Shown here one piece after another: positions 1 through 7,559 of a stretch of DNA of 64,000 nucleotides (its first letter is position 1; the number at the start of each line of letters is the position of its first letter). A model generated the notes under the pieces. That model did not search any database. It was not told where the DNA came from and saw only the letters and a program-made list of their open reading frames with translations. Both the position numbers and the translations under genes were made by a program. The stretch comes from Oscillospiraceae bacterium (GTDB lineage: Bacteria > Bacillota > Clostridia > Oscillospirales > Oscillospiraceae), in the NCBI GenBank assembly GCA_017461585.1, contig JAFTYM010000025.1, forward strand, positions 9,686-73,685, given 5' to 3'.

Positions 1-78
1 AATGAAGATCCGAAAGCAGCAGAGACTTGTGAGAACCATAGCTGCCGCAAGAAATGTTACGGAGGATGTGTTAATTAA
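1..78 (+). CDS. 3' end of a Cys-rich phage ORF, truncated by the window edge
   Basis: Frame 1 is open from base 1 to the TAA at 76-78 (..CENHSCRKKCYGGCVN*). The next ATG abuts at 79. Confidence 0.35.
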   Translation, partial: NEDPKAAETCENHSCRKKCYGGCVN

Positions 79-285
79 ATGGATGCAAAGCTTAGAGGAT
101 ATATAAGAAATGTCCTTATGGATAACAGAGCGAGCAAGCTTGATGAGCTGGATGCTGCGCTGACAAATGAGCAGGCGAGCCGTGAATTTGTTGACAAGAA
201 GCTGGGGGATTACAGAGATTCCCTTATTGCGCAGATTAAGTTTGCGGATTGGGAAGATTCGCAGAACGCGGCGCCCAAAAACTGA
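79..285 (+). CDS. Hypothetical phage protein (68 aa)
   Basis: ORF track entry. A GGAGGA motif lies upstream of the ATG. No motif recognised. Confidence 0.5.
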   Translation: MDAKLRGYIRNVLMDNRASKLDELDAALTNEQASREFVDKKLGDYRDSLIAQIKFADWEDSQNAAPKN

Positions 286-292
286 ATAACAG

Positions 293-400
293 AGTCCGCC
301 CTTTAAGCCGGGCGAAGCCCGGTGATTTCCTTATTTCTTCCCATTTTAATAGCCGGTGGGGTGTTAGGGGTAGCACCCCGTCCGGCTTAAGGGGCGGACT
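293..400 (+). other. Structured non-coding element (long closing stem plus two internal hairpins)
   Basis: 293-311 pairs with 382-400 (19 bp, one G-U). Internal hairpins lie at 308-322 and 351-387, and both partly compete with the closing stem. A U-rich linker spans 323-350. Confidence 0.45.
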
Positions 401-460
401 TTATGTGAAGTAATACAGGGCGTCGGGGACGCCGCTCCCTACAAAGCACACTTGTGAATC

Positions 461-573
461 AATCCCTCAGTCAGCTTTAGCTGACAGCTCCCTTTACACA
501 AGGGAGCCTTTAAGAATCCCCCAGTCATCGCGTATGCGATGCCAGCCCCCTTTAGGCAAGGGGGCCTTTAAGA
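461..573 (+). repeat. Two tandem ~55-58 nt double-hairpin modules
   Basis: Unit A is 461-515 and unit B is 516-573. Each reads AATCCCnCAGT, then a 6-bp hairpin, then a 7-bp hairpin (GCyCCCT/AGGGrGC), then CTTTAAGA. One stem position covaries (T-A versus C-G). Confidence 0.6.
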
Positions 574-580
574 GGTAGAT

Positions 581-727
581 ATGCTTATTATTACGATCGA
601 AGTCAATGCACCGTCAGGTCAGGCGATAGGTATAAAAGAGGCTATCGCACAGGATCTTGAGAAGTACGGCGATGTGAGAGTTACAAACATAAAAGAGATA
701 CAGCCCAAACAGGAACGGCTGTTTTAA
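581..727 (+). CDS. Small hypothetical phage protein (48 aa, below the ORF-track cutoff)
   Basis: ATG at 581 is preceded by AGAGG. Hand translation gives MLIITIEVNAPSGQAIGIKEAIAQDLEKYGDVRVTNIKEIQPKQERLF*. Confidence 0.4.
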   Translation: MLIITIEVNAPSGQAIGIKEAIAQDLEKYGDVRVTNIKEIQPKQERLF

Positions 728-745
728 GAAAGGCGGTGTTTACGC

Positions 746-1333
746 GTGGGAAAAATATGTAAGAACTGCGGCAGGGCGATGCCTGCCGGTTGGGAGACGA
801 GAAATTATTGCATGACGTGCTCTACGGAGGTGCGGCGAGACAAGGCGGCACAGCTGAGAGAGAAAGGTGCGGAGCTGCGTGAAAAGAAAGGTGAGCAGCC
901 TCCTGCACCGGGACTTGTCGGGGAGTATCCGGGTAAGCACCGATGCGAAACGTGCGGACACAGTTACCGACTTGATAACACGAGCCTGAGAGCGTGCAAT
1001 TACATTGCGGATAAAGAGAAGTTTACTCTTCCGCCGCGTCCCAGACCTTCAGCAGATCCTAACCACTGCCTGTACTGGTCGAAATCTCCCGCGGGTGCAG
1101 GATGGTTTACAGAGGTGGAGAAGCGGGTGATGTATGACGGACGATCAAAGCCTGTACTGGATATGAGCCAATGCAAGGTATATAAGAGCGTTGGCACGGC
1201 GTCTGCACTCTTGGGTATTCCGCACATGAATATAAAGAAAGAGTGCGAGAGCACGGACAACATAAACGCTGACCGCCGCTGGCGTTACCTCAAGCCCGAA
1301 GAGATTGAGCTTATAAAGCCGAAGAAGGTGTGA
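746..1333 (+). CDS. Zn-ribbon protein with a C-terminal HTH-like (NUMOD1-like) segment; putative DNA-binding early protein
   Basis: CxxC pairs are present (CKNCG..CMTC; CETCG). The C-terminal stretch VYKSVGTASALLGIPHMNIKKE resembles a phage HTH. The start codon is GTG. Confidence 0.5.
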   Translation: MGKICKNCGRAMPAGWETRNYCMTCSTEVRRDKAAQLREKGAELREKKGEQPPAPGLVGEYPGKHRCETCGHSYRLDNTSLRACNYIADKEKFTLPPRPRPSADPNHCLYWSKSPAGAGWFTEVEKRVMYDGRSKPVLDMSQCKVYKSVGTASALLGIPHMNIKKECESTDNINADRRWRYLKPEEIELIKPKKV

Positions 1334-1336
1334 GAC

Positions 1337-1543
1337 ATGGCGACAAAGCGGGTGCAGCGGTACAGAGGTTTTACCCTTGAAATTACATATTTGCCGCACT
1401 ATCCGGATGTGGAGGTGGAAGCCACCCGCGAGGAGTGTGTGCATTTTGAAGGCCTGCAGGAAGAGACCGGTGTTTGTTGGAAGACAGGGCTGATAAAGCG
1501 TCGGAGCGGTTATTGTGATGAAGGGGAGCGGCGGGATGTATAG
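1337..1543 (+). CDS. Hypothetical phage protein (68 aa)
   Basis: ORF track entry with RBS GAAGGTG upstream. It is tightly packed with its neighbours. Confidence 0.45.
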   Translation: MATKRVQRYRGFTLEITYLPHYPDVEVEATREECVHFEGLQEETGVCWKTGLIKRRSGYCDEGERRDV

Positions 1544-2000
1544 CTGCAACATGTGCGCATATGCCAACACATGCGGGTGCAGAGACAGTTCTGACACTCC
1601 GTGCAAACATTTTCGCACTATTCGTGATGCTTTAGAAGATTGGATTAAAATCGATTTGTTTACGCCTGATCCGTTTATGCCTCAGCGCACTTTCAAACTT
1701 CACATGGGCAGCATAGTCGAGTATGAAGAAAGACTGAGCACCAATGAGCGGGTGCTTAAGCATCTGAAGGAGAAATTTAACAGGAGCTGCGGAGGTATGT
1801 TTAGTTATGTTTTTTGCCACCGCCCGCCGACGGCGTTTTGTGAGTATAGAGCACATGATGGTCTTTGCGCAAAGCTTGAACCTTGCCGATACAAGATGTT
1901 CAGAACGGTTTTGCGAGCCCGTGGCAGCGGTAAAAGCATGATAATGCGGGGCGTCGAGGACGTCGCCCCCTACAACGAGGAGGATAAAGGTAATGGCTAA
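1515..2000 (+). CDS. Cys-rich hypothetical phage protein; start uncertain (GTG 1515 or ATG 1536)
   Basis: ORF track entry. The N-terminus reads CNMCAYANTCGCRDSSDTPCKHF. The 3' end contains repeat copy 1949-1975. Confidence 0.5.
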   Translation: MMKGSGGMYSCNMCAYANTCGCRDSSDTPCKHFRTIRDALEDWIKIDLFTPDPFMPQRTFKLHMGSIVEYEERLSTNERVLKHLKEKFNRSCGGMFSYVFCHRPPTAFCEYRAHDGLCAKLEPCRYKMFRTVLRARGSGKSMIMRGVEDVAPYNEEDKGNG

Positions 2001-2289
2001 ATACAGAAAGAAGCCTGTTGTTATAGAGGCGTTTTTGCTTGGTGTGGATGATGAGCCTGAGTGGTTTAGAGAGGCTGTAAGAAACGGAGAAATTGAAGTT
2101 ATTGCGGGCATCATGCCCTCAAGTTTCTGTTACATTCACACGCTCGAGGGCATGATGAAAGCGGTTGCCGGAAGTAATTATATCATCAAAGGCGTACACG
2201 GTGAGCTTTATCCCTGCGAGGCGAGTATCTTTGAGAAGACCTATGAGGCGGTGGCGGACAATGAGCAAGCGGAAACTGAAACCTTGTAA
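1993..2289 (+). CDS. Hypothetical phage protein (98 aa)
   Basis: GAGGAGG RBS upstream. It overlaps the stop of the previous gene. Confidence 0.55.
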   Translation: MAKYRKKPVVIEAFLLGVDDEPEWFREAVRNGEIEVIAGIMPSSFCYIHTLEGMMKAVAGSNYIIKGVHGELYPCEASIFEKTYEAVADNEQAETETL

Positions 2290-2425
2290 AAGGTGCGGTG
2301 CAAAAGAAATCAGGTTAGAAAGCAGACATGGTTATTTTGTATATGTGTGTAATTTTTGCGGAAGACACGCAAGTTACTGCACTAGTGAGGGAAATGCAAG
2401 AGAAGCTTGGGATAGGAGTAATTAA
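2261..2425 (+). CDS. Lar-family-like restriction alleviation protein (54 aa)
   Basis: The sequence from the internal ATG is LKPCKRCGAKEIRLES..YVCNFCGRHASYCTSEGNAREAWDRSN. This matches the Lar pattern as I recall it: CxxCG...CxxCG...A(I/R)xAWNRR. Confidence 0.55.
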   Translation: MSKRKLKPCKRCGAKEIRLESRHGYFVYVCNFCGRHASYCTSEGNAREAWDRSN

Positions 2426-2427
2426 CA

Positions 2428-2829
2428 ATGAGTGATATACGAAAAGATTGTCCAATGCGACATGAAAACGGAAATTGCCTTGTGGCTGGTGGTTTTTGTA
2501 CAGCAGTCAATGACCCTATATGTGAAGCGTTGCACAATGCTTATTACTGCGGATATAGAAACGGCGTAACGGTGCAGAAGTGGATACCTGTTAGTGAGAG
2601 GTTGCCTGATGAACACGACAGTATATTCGCAAAGCTTTATGGGACCGAGAAATGGACACCCAATATGTTCCGTAAAGTATCAGACACTGTGCCTGTGGTC
2701 ATTGAATACGCAGATGGTCAAAAGTCGGTCGTGTATATGAGAGCGCACGATGGCGAATGGGATTTAAATCCTATCTGGCAAGCAAAAGTCACGCATTGGA
2801 TGCTGAAGCCTGAGCCACCGAAGGAGTGA
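2428..2829 (+). CDS. DUF551-like phage protein with a Cys-rich N-terminus
   Basis: The C-terminal half contains WIPVSERLPDE and ends VTHWMLKPEPPKE, which resembles the DUF551 signature (W..v.d.LP...THWMPLPEPP). Confidence 0.55.
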   Translation: MSDIRKDCPMRHENGNCLVAGGFCTAVNDPICEALHNAYYCGYRNGVTVQKWIPVSERLPDEHDSIFAKLYGTEKWTPNMFRKVSDTVPVVIEYADGQKSVVYMRAHDGEWDLNPIWQAKVTHWMLKPEPPKE

Positions 2830-2836
2830 GAATGAT

Positions 2837-3124
2837 GTGAAAATGTGTGATAGATGCAAAGTACCTGGGTGCTTGCTGAACTATAACGGTAAAGCTTGTG
2901 AAAAAGCACGGGAAGAATATTGCCCAGAGGTAGTTTATACCAACGCAGACCGCATTCGTGAAATGAGTGATGAAGAGTTAGCAGCGTTTTTAGCTAAATT
3001 TGACCCACATTGTTGTAATTGCCCGGTAGATACCGTTTGCGGTGGATGTTCATCTACACCACCAAGAGATTGTGCGTATTGGTTTGAAGAGTGGCTGCAA
3101 CTGCCAGCAGAGGAGCGTGAGTGA
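2837..3124 (+). CDS. Cys-rich hypothetical phage protein (95 aa)
   Basis: ORF track entry. It has 11 Cys residues (CDRCKVPGC..CEK..CPE..CCNCP..CGGC..C). An AAGGAG RBS lies upstream. Confidence 0.5.
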   Translation: MKMCDRCKVPGCLLNYNGKACEKAREEYCPEVVYTNADRIREMSDEELAAFLAKFDPHCCNCPVDTVCGGCSSTPPRDCAYWFEEWLQLPAEERE

Positions 3125-3474
3125 TGAACGAGACGATAGCTGAAACAGGAAACGAAATAACCATAAAGATCAACGACGTTGCATGGAGCGTTAAAAGGGT
3201 AGATCCGAATCATGCGGGGTTGTATGTAAATGGTGTTGCGTGTGTCGGAACAACATGGCCGGCAAAAGCGGAAATATACATAGCGGACAATCAAGCGCCC
3301 AGCAAGATGCTTTTGACTATAAGGCATGAGCTTGCGCATGCATTTTTAAACTGCACACAGATCAGAGCGCCGGAAAGTTTTTCCGAAGAGGAAATATGTG
3401 AATTCGTCGCCCTGCACGGCGGACAGGTCATGCGCCTTGCGGAAGTGATTGTTGAAGCCATAGGTAACAGATAA
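3121..3474 (+). CDS. Small HExxH (zincin-like) motif protein
   Basis: Contains TIRHELAHAFLN. A GAGGAG RBS lies upstream. The protein is 117 aa. Confidence 0.5.
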   Translation: MMNETIAETGNEITIKINDVAWSVKRVDPNHAGLYVNGVACVGTTWPAKAEIYIADNQAPSKMLLTIRHELAHAFLNCTQIRAPESFSEEEICEFVALHGGQVMRLAEVIVEAIGNR

Positions 3475-3496
3475 TTAATAAGAAAGGGAGAGCAGT

Positions 3497-3685
3497 ATGG
3501 CGAAAATCGTTAAGTGTAAAAACTGTCAGGTTCTGGAGCACAGGAAGCTGACAAAGGAGACAAACCGAGGCAGCGGTGTTTACATCGTGGTCGATGCTCA
3601 TTATTACTGCCCGACAAAAAAAGAAATCATGACCGGGCAGGAGGTCCTGAAGAAGGGCTGCGCCGCCGGAGTGCCGATTACATAG
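3497..3685 (+). CDS. Small Cys-containing hypothetical phage protein (62 aa)
   Basis: AGGGAG RBS upstream. Cys positions: CKNC...YYCP...GC. Confidence 0.45.
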   Translation: MAKIVKCKNCQVLEHRKLTKETNRGSGVYIVVDAHYYCPTKKEIMTGQEVLKKGCAAGVPIT

Positions 3686-3726
3686 TAGCGGCGCCGCTGC
3701 AGGCATATAAAGAAAGGTGTTAAAGA

Positions 3727-3999
3727 ATGTTCAGGCCGAAAACGTCGTTAAAGATCCCCTATGAGCGGCAGGGATACATTTACTTTACAAGCAAAAACTA
3801 CAAGGCGCTGCCTAAAGAAAAACGTCAGCGCATAGATGAGCTTTGCCTTAAAGCGGGTGGAGAGCATCACAAAGCACTTTTAGAGTATGTGACTACGGAT
3901 GCGACAGCTACACAGATATGCCTGAAGCATTATATAGGTGAGGGCACCCTCCACAGAATGCAGCGAAGATACTATATGAATTTCCCAAAGGTGCTGTAG
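3727..3999 (+). CDS. Hypothetical protein with an HTH-like C-terminus (possible late-gene regulator)
   Basis: The C-terminal stretch ATQICLKHYIGEGTLHRMQRRY looks like a helix-turn-helix. The gene is the last before a strong hairpin and the packaging genes. The regulator role is inferred from position only. Confidence 0.35.
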   Translation: MFRPKTSLKIPYERQGYIYFTSKNYKALPKEKRQRIDELCLKAGGEHHKALLEYVTTDATATQICLKHYIGEGTLHRMQRRYYMNFPKVL

Positions 4000-4003
4000 C
4001 ACA

Positions 4004-4033
4004 TTGTCTCTCCCTCACCAGAGGGGGAGACAA
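4004..4033 (+). terminator. 13-bp stem-loop after the 3727-3999 gene (no T-run)
   Basis: TTGTCTCTCCCTC-acca-GAGGGGGAGACAA, with one G-U pair. Confidence 0.35.
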
Positions 4034-4183
4034 GAGAGTGCACTTTCTGACGAGAGCCTTTGTACAGGGGCTTTGGTCAAAAAGTGCAACTGAATACATT
4101 TAAATAATACTGAAGATCGCGCACGCGTTCTTTGGTGGGCTTGGTAAAAGCCTAAGTTTACGACCAAGAGAGGATAAAGGGCA

Positions 4184-4948
4184 ATGATGAAGGACGGATA
4201 CTGGGTAATTCGTACATACAAGGCGGGCAATGTGGGAGAGAAAATAAAGTTTTGGATCCCCAATGCTCGCCCTGCAAAATCTTCAAGAAAGATAAAGTCA
4301 GATCTGAAGAAAATAAAGCAGAACGAAGCCTCCACCGTGAAGCGCCTGGCGAGAGTTATAAACGCAAATTTTTCTCACGGCGATATACTTCTCGGCCTTG
4401 ACTACTCCCCTGAAGGCTATGAGAGAGTTTGCACACGTGCCGGTGTTACATCCGATGCCGCTGAGCCTGAGAGCCTTGAAGCTATTTACATGGCTGCGGA
4501 TCATGAGCTTACAAACGCTCTGCGCAGAGTTAAGAGAGAACTTGAGAAAGATAACATTGAGCTGCGCTATGTGGCAGTTACATCAGATCTCAACGGAAAG
4601 ACGGGAGAATGTGTCCGTGTGCATCATCATCTCGTCATCAACGGAGAGGCCCTGTTTGCCTTTATGGCGAAGTGGAATCTGGGCAACGTTGAGTACAGCA
4701 CACTTCGCCGTCAGGCTGATTATACAGACATTGCGGTATATCTCATAAAGCAGGTGAGATATCTGCCCGATGCAAAGAAATATAAATCCAGCCGTAATCT
4801 TGTGCGTGTTGTTCCTTCAGACCGCGTAGCAAGAAACGGATCTCAGCTGCGCGCACCCCGCGGAGCCGTGCTGCTGCATGCAGGAGAATTCAAGCCCGGC
4901 TATCCTCAGTACATCCGGTACATACTTCCGGAGCGACAAATTGCATGA
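4184..4948 (+). CDS. Hypothetical protein with an HUH/relaxase-motif-III-like HHHLVIN segment
   Basis: Contains RVHHHLVING (His-x-His followed by hydrophobic residues and Asn) and a downstream VAVYLIKQVRY. The gene sits immediately upstream of terS. Confidence 0.35.
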   Translation: MMKDGYWVIRTYKAGNVGEKIKFWIPNARPAKSSRKIKSDLKKIKQNEASTVKRLARVINANFSHGDILLGLDYSPEGYERVCTRAGVTSDAAEPESLEAIYMAADHELTNALRRVKRELEKDNIELRYVAVTSDLNGKTGECVRVHHHLVINGEALFAFMAKWNLGNVEYSTLRRQADYTDIAVYLIKQVRYLPDAKKYKSSRNLVRVVPSDRVARNGSQLRAPRGAVLLHAGEFKPGYPQYIRYILPERQIA

Positions 4949-5012
4949 AAACAGAATAATTTAACGGCAGCCGTGCGCTAATACAGTGCATGGCTATAAG
5001 CCGTACCCGCAA

Positions 5013-5045
5013 AGAGCTGTGACAATCAGTCACGGCTCTTTTTTA
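5013..5045 (+). terminator. Rho-independent terminator upstream of the packaging operon
   Basis: 11-bp stem AGAGCTGTGAC/GTCACGGCTCT, loop AATCA, followed by a T-run. Confidence 0.65.
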
Positions 5046-5102
5046 TGCCCAAAAAGATGACAGTTTGACGCACGAAAACTGTCACAAAATGTTAACAGGG
5101 AG

Positions 5103-5609
5103 GTGAGATGCGTGGAAGAACTGAACTTTAACGAAATGAGCGCCGAAGAGATAGAAAAACATTTAAAGCCGAAAGAGCGGCGCTTTGTCTGGGAATACGA
5201 GAAAGACTGGAACGGAACGAGAGCCGCCATCCGTGCGGGATACTCCGAAAAATCCGCTGCTGTTATCGCCAGTAGATTGTTAAAGAAAGTTAACGTTGCC
5301 GCGTACGCCCGCGCACGCCAGCGCGATCAGTACGAAGCGCTGAACATCAACAAAGAAACGCTGAGTATAAAGCTCAACCGGGTACTGGAACAGTGCATGG
5401 AAGGCACAGAGCATCTCTCATGGAATCCCGTAACAAGAGAGTATGAGCCTGACGGAACCTTTGTCTTCGACAGCAAGGGTGCTAACGGCGCTTTGAAGCT
5501 TCTGGGCGACAGCATCGGAATGTATCAGCAGCAGGTGAAGGTCAGCAGAGAGCTGGGCGTTGAAGCTTTTTTGAAAAATCAGCCTGAGAACGAAGCTGAT
5601 GAGTTCTGA
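5103..5609 (+). CDS. Terminase small subunit (Terminase_2/P27-like); start may be GTG 5112
   Basis: ERRFVWEYEKDWNGTRAAIRAGYSEKSAAVIASRLLKKVNV matches the TerS HTH signature. The gene is immediately upstream of TerL. Confidence 0.85.
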   Translation: MRCVEELNFNEMSAEEIEKHLKPKERRFVWEYEKDWNGTRAAIRAGYSEKSAAVIASRLLKKVNVAAYARARQRDQYEALNINKETLSIKLNRVLEQCMEGTEHLSWNPVTREYEPDGTFVFDSKGANGALKLLGDSIGMYQQQVKVSRELGVEAFLKNQPENEADEF

Positions 5610-7312
5610 TGGTCAACATACGCAATGCGAAAGAGTACATACAGCGATTTCTAAAAATCCGCACAAAAGCGGGTGACATTGTTCCCTTTGTCATGAATCC
5701 GCCGCAGCTGAAGCTTTACGAAGTCATAAAGCGTGAGCACGCAGCGGGAAAGCCCATACGCATTATCATCCTCAAAGCCCGACAGATGGGATTTTCCACA
5801 CTTACTGAGGGGCTTGTCTTTCAGAGGACGGCGACAAGAGAGCTTGTAAACAGCTTTATCGTTACCCATCAGGATGACGCCACAACACAGCTTTTCAACA
5901 TGTTCAAGCTGTATTACGAAAAGCTGCCGCCGCAACTGCAGCCTATGCTGAAGCGTTCAAACGCAAAAGAGCTTGTTTTTGAGAACCCCACAAGAGATCC
6001 TGCGGAGAAAGAAGCAAATCCCGGGCTTAAATCCAGCGTGCGATGTGCTACGGCCGGCGGTCGAGGTATCGGCCGCTCTATGACGCTGCAGAACGTGCAC
6101 GCATCAGAGTTTGCATTCTGGCCGGGCGATAAAAACGCAACGCTTACAGGTCTTATGCAGGCAGTTCCTGCGCTCCCCGGCACAATGGTCGTTATCGAAT
6201 CTACAGCTAACGGCTTTGATGAGTTTAAAAAGCTCTGGGACGCTGCTGTCGCCGGAGAAAGTGACTTTATCCCCGTTTTCTTTGCATGGTGGGAAATGCC
6301 TGAGTACCGCATGAAGGTACCCGAGGGGACTGTTTTTACAGATGAAGAGCTGAAGGTGAAAGAGCAATTTGAGCTTGATGACGAGCAGCTTTACTGGCGC
6401 CGCTGGTGCATTAAGAACAACTGCGGCGGCGATATGAACCTGTTTCATCAGGAATATCCCGCCACACCTGACGAAGCATTTATTGCTTCCGGTACGCCGT
6501 TCTTTGATAACTCGGTGGTTATCGAACGCAGAGAAGCGGTGAAGAATTTGCCTTGCGTTACTGGCGAATTTACATACAAGCGATTCTTTGACCCTGAAAC
6601 AAAGCGGGTGACCTTGACAGACATCAAATGGACGGAACGTGAAAACGGTCCTGTACGCATATTTGAAGAGCCACAGAGGGGTTATCCCTATGTTGTGGGC
6701 GGTGATACCGCAGGTGACGGTAGCGACTGGTTTGCAGCTCACTGCATAAACAACGTGACCGGAAAGCTTTGTGCGGTCATTCATCACAAATACGATGAGG
6801 ACGCATACGCAGAGCAGCTTTTCTGCCTTGGTATGCACTACAACAAAGCGCTTGTGGGCGTTGAAGTTAATTACTCTACACACCCAACACGCAAACTGCA
6901 GGACATGAGTTATCCGAGAATCTACGTCCGTGAAGCTTATGACGATTACGAACGCAAGGTTATGAAGAAGTACGGATTTAACACTAACGGCACAACAAGA
7001 CCTGTGATCATGGCGCTGATCAAAGAGTACATGCGCGATATGCCTGAAAACTGCGTTGATTTCAAAACCCTTGGCGAGATGCTGACATTCTGCAAAAACG
7101 ATGTGGGTAAGCCTGAAGCGCTGCCCGGTGAACATGATGACCTTGTTATGAGCCTTGTAATCACGCTGGGCATCAGACATCAGCAGAAGGCGACACCGGA
7201 AGATCTGACACCGAGAGTCAAGTGGACACAGGATCAGTGGGAGGACTACCGCAGGGCAACGTCCGAGCAGAAAGCGTACCTCATTTCCATATGGGGCAAA
7301 CCAAAAAGATGA
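5609..7312 (+). CDS. Terminase large subunit
   Basis: Walker-A-like ILKARQMGFST; VIESTANG; nuclease-type acidic motifs VVGGDTAGDGSDW and GEHDDLVMSL. Its start overlaps the terS stop. Confidence 0.85.
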   Translation: MVNIRNAKEYIQRFLKIRTKAGDIVPFVMNPPQLKLYEVIKREHAAGKPIRIIILKARQMGFSTLTEGLVFQRTATRELVNSFIVTHQDDATTQLFNMFKLYYEKLPPQLQPMLKRSNAKELVFENPTRDPAEKEANPGLKSSVRCATAGGRGIGRSMTLQNVHASEFAFWPGDKNATLTGLMQAVPALPGTMVVIESTANGFDEFKKLWDAAVAGESDFIPVFFAWWEMPEYRMKVPEGTVFTDEELKVKEQFELDDEQLYWRRWCIKNNCGGDMNLFHQEYPATPDEAFIASGTPFFDNSVVIERREAVKNLPCVTGEFTYKRFFDPETKRVTLTDIKWTERENGPVRIFEEPQRGYPYVVGGDTAGDGSDWFAAHCINNVTGKLCAVIHHKYDEDAYAEQLFCLGMHYNKALVGVEVNYSTHPTRKLQDMSYPRIYVREAYDDYERKVMKKYGFNTNGTTRPVIMALIKEYMRDMPENCVDFKTLGEMLTFCKNDVGKPEALPGEHDDLVMSLVITLGIRHQQKATPEDLTPRVKWTQDQWEDYRRATSEQKAYLISIWGKPKR

Positions 7313-7396
7313 TTCCCCACCCCAAAGCGGGTGTTTTGACAATTTCGCAGGAACAGCGTTGAAAATCCAAATCCGAAAGGAAAGGAGGAGACATAC

Positions 7397-7534
7397 ATGG
7401 AGAAGAAGGGCAGTTACATCGGAAGAATTTCCAACACAGGCACACAGTACGTCGAAGCGCCCGCGCAGAAGAAACAGGGCGGCAGCGGCGGCAAGGTTGT
7501 GACAGGTACAGACCTGCGCAGCGGCAAGAAATAA
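7397..7534 (+). CDS. Small Lys/Gly-rich hypothetical protein (45 aa, below the ORF-track cutoff)
   Basis: AAAGGAGGAG RBS lies 7 nt before the ATG at 7397. Hand translation gives MEKKGSYIGRISNTGTQYVEAPAQKKQGGSGGKVVTGTDLRSGKK*. Confidence 0.45.
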   Translation: MEKKGSYIGRISNTGTQYVEAPAQKKQGGSGGKVVTGTDLRSGKK

Positions 7535-7559
7535 CTCATAAAAAGGAGCATTTAAAAAT

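Noticed and set aside
2165-2260. N-terminal extension of the Lar-like ORF
   Set aside because: The extension overlaps the 1993-2289 gene by more than 90 nt in another frame and adds non-homologous sequence. The internal ATG at 2261 gives the canonical Lar-sized product.
4015-4335. 106-aa minus-strand ORF spanning the 4000-4183 spacer
   Set aside because: It overlaps the start of the 4184 gene in antisense, has hydrophobic junk-like sequence and no RBS. The spacer is better explained by the hairpin and promoter region.
5066-5094. A late-operon promoter (TTGACG ... AATGTT) upstream of terS
   Set aside because: The -35-like hexamer is good, but the best-spaced -10 matches only 3 of 6 positions. 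This is too weak to call without data, and the site may need a phage activator.
6104-7342. 412-aa minus-strand ORF
   Set aside because: It is entirely antisense to the well-supported terminase large subunit gene. It has no RBS or recognisable motif and its composition is low-complexity. It is a shadow ORF.
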